Part shown: piece after piece, positions 59,797 to 64,000 of the stretch | How positions within the stretch are numbered: position 1 is the first letter of the stretch | Layout of the letters: each line of letters starts with the position of its first letter | DNA from: Protoeuglena noctilucae | Taxonomy: Eukaryota | DNA: 64,000 nt | NCBI GenBank assembly: GCA_958009085.1 | Contig: OY253687.1 | Location: 620,001-684,000, forward strand | Direction: 5' to 3' | Position numbers and translations under genes: made by a program | Notes under the pieces: generated by a model | What the model saw: the letters and a program-made list of their open reading frames with translations, nothing else | Told to the model about the DNA's origin: nothing | The model's database searches: none

Positions 59797-61538
59797 TCAC
59801 AGCACGTCTGGCACGCCTGGGTACGCCCCCGCGAGGTGCTCGGTGGCTAACGCGTAGACATCATGGAAAAGAGCGCGGTCAATGGCCAGGCGCGCAGCCA
59901 TCGCTTCGTGGGAGCTCAAGACATGGGCCTCTTGCAATGCGCTCGTCAATCTCAGGCACTCGTGTACTCTAAGGGCTGGCCGTGGCAGGCCGTGGCGCTC
60001 GGCAACGTCGCCCAGTACCTGCGCCAACCCTTCCACGATTGCCGATGCATGACCGGATGCCCAGGACGAGAGGCATAGCAACAAGGCTCGCTGTCGTGCG
60101 GCATCACTGCGAGCGAGCAGCCATCACAGGAGTGTCGGCCCATCTGCGCCTGCATGCACATGCACTGAACAAACCACCGGGCGTCCCTCGCCTTCTCGTT
60201 TCTCGAAACGCTCTCATGCTCTTCCACCCGAACTGCTCAACCAGGCTTGCAAGCACCACCTCCGCGCGGCCCTCGGATGCCGCATCGCTCTCAAGGCCAT
60301 CCGACACCACCGTGGGGTGTTTGTCCCAGAATCTCGAGGAGAGAGCTCTGCGCAGGGCCGGCGGACTGAGCTGGACGCCGGTCAGCCCTGCGTCCGCGAT
60401 GACGGCGTCCGGGCACACGACGCAATCGGGGTTGCCTGGGTCGAAAAACCCGTACTGCGCCCACATGTCCAAAGATGGCTTGGAGCCGTAGGAAATGACG
60501 ACCTCCTGCGGGCCAACACACGGCAGCCTGTTTAAAGGGACGTTGCCTGTGCGTCGGGGCACCAGCACAGCTCGTAAGCGCTGCCCGCACCTCTCCCAGG
60601 GCGATGCGCCTCATGGCGCGCAAGCACACCCGCGCATCGCTCGTGGCCCAATCATCGCTCTCGGGTCTCGCTGGGAACTCCTGCGCTCTTGGAAACGGGA
60701 TCTCGTCATGCATGTGTTGTGCATGCTGGGCGAGCATGAGGTAACACCACGAACGCACCACGCTTGCGTTGGGATCGGCGGCGTGGTTGCACATGTCGAC
60801 GAAGGGAAGCATGAACGCCTCACGAGCCCAGCCGTGAGGGCCGTGCGCCTGGAAGGCCCGCGACTCCACACTTGCGGCCGCCCAGCGAAGCTCGTCAGCG
60901 GACCGGCAGCCGAGGTCAGGGCGATGGGCCAAGTGCATGGAGAAGACCTCGTCGATCTTGCGCCGACGGCTCTCCAGCGAGGCGACCAAATGGGGGGCTC
61001 GCGTCAGTGCGAGAGCGAGGTCAGATGCGACGAGGCCGGAGCACCCCTCGCTCGCAGGCGGCAACAGCCGCACGTAGCGGCGCCAGAGACGGCGGAGGCC
61101 AGGAGGACTGCGAGGGAGACGACAGAGTTGCGGTGTCGTTGTGAACGAACGACCCGGCATAGCCGGCTGAACGAACGGGAGTGAACCGGCTGGGCCCTCG
61201 CACCCTGCTCGAGCTGCCCAAAGCATGGTGGCGCCGAGTCGCACCTCCCATGACTCCTGGAGACATAAGAGTGCAGGTGTGTGGGAGGCGGACAAGGGGC
61301 ATTGCGCGATTGCGAAGCATCGGCCATTTACCTCACGAACCGCGGCGGGCAGTGGACAGCGACATCCGTCGATAATGGCGGCGTCCGACAGCGTATACCG
61401 CAACCTGATAGCCAGAATGTCGTCCCCCTCCGCAACAGGGGACCCAGCGACGACCAGACCCCGCCGACCGGGTGCGGAGCTGGCGAGCTTGACGGCCCTG
61501 CTCCCCCCGATTACCGGGGGGTGCACGAGGGCCCCCAT
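59797..61538 (-). CDS. SET-domain (Rubisco-LSMT/SETD3-like) protein methyltransferase; 5' end uncertain
   Basis: GRRGLV; LWRRYVRLLP; LRWAAASVESRAF; MLPFVDMCNH; IALGE|EVVISYG; QYGF. Confidence 0.8.
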
Positions 61539-63320
61539 GCACGCCCCAGCCCCTGGGTTCGCTCACGCGTCGCTAGCGAGGGCGGCAGCACCAAAGCGCC
61601 TCCTTTGCCCGCTGCCAGTAAACCGCGTCCGACCGAGGCGCTCCAAAGCGAAACGTGGGGCGAAACGGGATCGCACTCCACACGCGACTGCAGCGTTGCC
61701 CTCCACACACCATCTCGTGGGTCTCCGACTCAGCCTCAGGTCGACGGGAGTCGCGCTGACCCGCTCAAGGGCAGGGTGGAGAGCGCCTGGCCCCTGCCGT
61801 GGGCGGAGCTGTCGAGTATTACGAGCTGGTGAACGCGGCGAGGTGAGGCGCGTCCCGCCCGCGGTCTCTCTGCTCGGCAAAGCGATTGGATAGTTTCTTC
61901 CTCCAGCGTTGGCGGGCGCCTCGGCCTTTTGGCGGGAGTCGCCTCGAATGATGGCCTTTAAGCTCCTCGAGCCGTTGCGGGCCGAGACGTGGCCTCCTGG
62001 TTTCGCCGGCGCCTCGCATGCCCTGGCATTTCACCGCTCGCACTCCTCGTCCGGGCGCGCGAGGCCCAGGCCATTCAGTTGGCAGCAAAGACACCGTGGA
62101 CTCACGCTCGGGGGCTTTGCGTGTCTACCTTGCAGGTCACGTTGCGCATCCTCCTCCTGAGGAGCGCTGACGAGGGAAAGCGAGCGCGCTGGCGAGAGCG
62201 TGACACATGCAGTCCTCTGGTGCGTGCAGTGGGCGGGCTTGCTCGGGGGATCGGCCGGAGGACACCCCTTGGGCCCTGCGTGGCAAGAGGGAGGCCGCCA
62301 TGGCATTTAGAGAGCCTGCCGACCCATTGTTTGGGATATTGAGTGGTCATGATGGCGGCAATGTGGCAGGCGAGTGCGCGCAACCGCGCGCGTGGGTTTT
62401 GCGCCCGAAGTGCGCGTCCACCCATCGCGCTCCCCACAGCGCCCTGCGCGCTGCCGCCCGAGCCACTGGGACGCCCTATCGGTCCTGACGCAGCGGTTTA
62501 TCTGTGCTAGTGGAATCGCTGTTCCGGCGTGGCCTAGCTCGCCGATCGCGCGGCATTTCTGCGACTTCCCTAAAAGGGCGCTTGCTTGCAGGGCATCGCA
62601 CGGACGCCGGCCTGCTGGGCGCGACGATATCGAATGCGAAACCGGTGAGGGACCTATCGCGCCCTTCCGTGCCTTTTCTGAATCCCCCGCGCGGACGAAC
62701 GGCTCAGCGCACGACGCGTGCCCCCTCGTCGTGCCCTGCAGGCCAACGCCGTCGCGCCGAGACCCTTCCCGCTCGCGGCACCGCCGTCTCTGACCATCCC
62801 AGCGCCCAACCCGCCGCTGTCAGCGCTCATCCTGCAGGGTCTCCGGCAGAAAATTGCCGATTTGCCGCCACTGGACGCCCCGCGTGGGCCCGTGCCCGTC
62901 CCCGCGGAGGGGCCACTAGAGGCCGTCCTGCGCCTCCTCGCAGCCGGCTGCGTTCCCCGCAGCCCCCCCGCCAGCGCCGTCGTCCCCCTGGCGCCGCCCA
63001 CCACCCTGGCCACCCTCCCGGTGCTGCCGCCCCTGCCCGGCGTGCCCCTCCCCGCCTTCTCAGGCGCCCACCTGCCCCTGGGCCTCGCCGGCGCTGCTCT
63101 CGGGCTGCAGGATATGCGGCTGCCGGTCCTCCCGGACGTGTTCGACCATCACAACCCCATCCCAATGGTGAGCCTACACAGGCGTGGCGCCGCATTGGTG
63201 GGGTCGCACAGACCGCACGCGCGTGGGTGCAGCGCGGAGAGCGCGGCCGGCGAGCGCGAGCCCGACGGACCCCTCCCGCCCGTCGCAGGCCAACCCCACC
63301 CGGGCCAAGGGTTCCCCTGC

Positions 63321-63520
63321 NNNNNNNNNNNNNNNNNNNNNNNNNNNNNNNNNNNNNNNNNNNNNNNNNNNNNNNNNNNNNNNNNNNNNNNNNNNNNNNN
63401 NNNNNNNNNNNNNNNNNNNNNNNNNNNNNNNNNNNNNNNNNNNNNNNNNNNNNNNNNNNNNNNNNNNNNNNNNNNNNNNNNNNNNNNNNNNNNNNNNNNN
63501 NNNNNNNNNNNNNNNNNNNN
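63321..63520. other. Assembly gap (200 N)
   Basis: Run of N characters. Confidence 1.
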
Positions 63521-64000
63521 GTCCACGCGGCCCAACAGCGCGCCACGATCCGGGCCTCGGGCCGCGCCTGCCCTCTGCGCCCACCCCCGGGGACGACCAG
63601 GTGGCGCTGATGATCGCCAGCGCGAGCGGCGCCGCCGCCGCCGCCGCCGCGTGCGTCCTGGCGGTCCTGCGTGGCCAGGGCCTGGACGCCAGCATCATGG
63701 GCGCCGGACCGGGGCCGTGTTCTGCGAGACATGGCGCGGCAGAACCCGTCCGGGGTCCCGCTCCACTCGCCCACGCCCGCGCGGAGCCGCCGCGGGGCCC
63801 TGTCGCACCCCTCGGGGGCGCCCGACACACGGGGCGAACCTGGGAGGTGGCTCGAGGGATCGGACGGGGAGCGGGGGGGCCACCGGGCAGGCGGACACGG
63901 ACGCGGGCCGCGGCACGGTCGGGAGCGGCGGGTCGCTCGTCAGCAACAACGCCGCGCAGGGCGGCAGCTCCACGGCCGGCGCCGTGGCGGCGTTGCGCCC

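Noticed and set aside
62504..64000. ORFs spanning or flanking the N gap, including a possible plus-strand exon from about 63610
   Set aside because: The frames run through Ns and contain no recognisable motif, so a gene call cannot be supported
1..64000. Prokaryotic operon, defence system, transposon, tRNA or rRNA
   Set aside because: All recognisable genes have spliceosomal introns, and no transposase/RT motifs, terminal repeats, cloverleaf or rRNA-like sequence were seen by eye

Overview
This is a gene-dense, GC-rich, intron-rich eukaryotic nuclear region, most consistent with a green alga: it has a plastid terminal oxidase, plant-type ribosomal and APTX genes, and the ciliary gene MKS1. 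About 27 spliced protein-coding genes were reconstructed by hand. Recognisable ones are two tandem bestrophin-like genes (one running off the window edge), SLY1, RPL35a, a beta-helix protein, RNase T2, an ALDH6/MMSDH-like gene, adenylosuccinate synthetase, NOG2, mitochondrial bL21, PCH2, MKS1, APTX, a divergent kinesin, PTOX, a SAP-domain protein, a rhodanese-like protein, TIM14, RRP43, PAC2, SNU13, a GalT/HIT-like protein, LarC, a SPRING1-like protein and a SET-domain protein. There is a 200-nt assembly gap and no CRISPR, rRNA, tRNA or transposon signal. The most notable observations are: (1) an intron-containing eukaryotic LarC (nickel-pincer cofactor Ni-insertase) that has only the N-domain plus an N-terminal His tract, head-to-head with an HxHxQ nucleotidyltransferase-like gene; (2) an intact ALDH6 paralog that has lost both its catalytic Cys and its oxyanion Asn; (3) an MKS1-immunoglobulin-domain fusion; (4) a tail-anchored orphan with two SSWDxV (ATG8-interacting-like) motifs; (5) a candidate intronic box C/D snoRNA; and (6) frequent GC-AG introns plus one apparent TT-AG junction. 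CDS coordinates span first to last coding base including introns. Exon models are manual, and family calls come from remembered motifs, not database searches.
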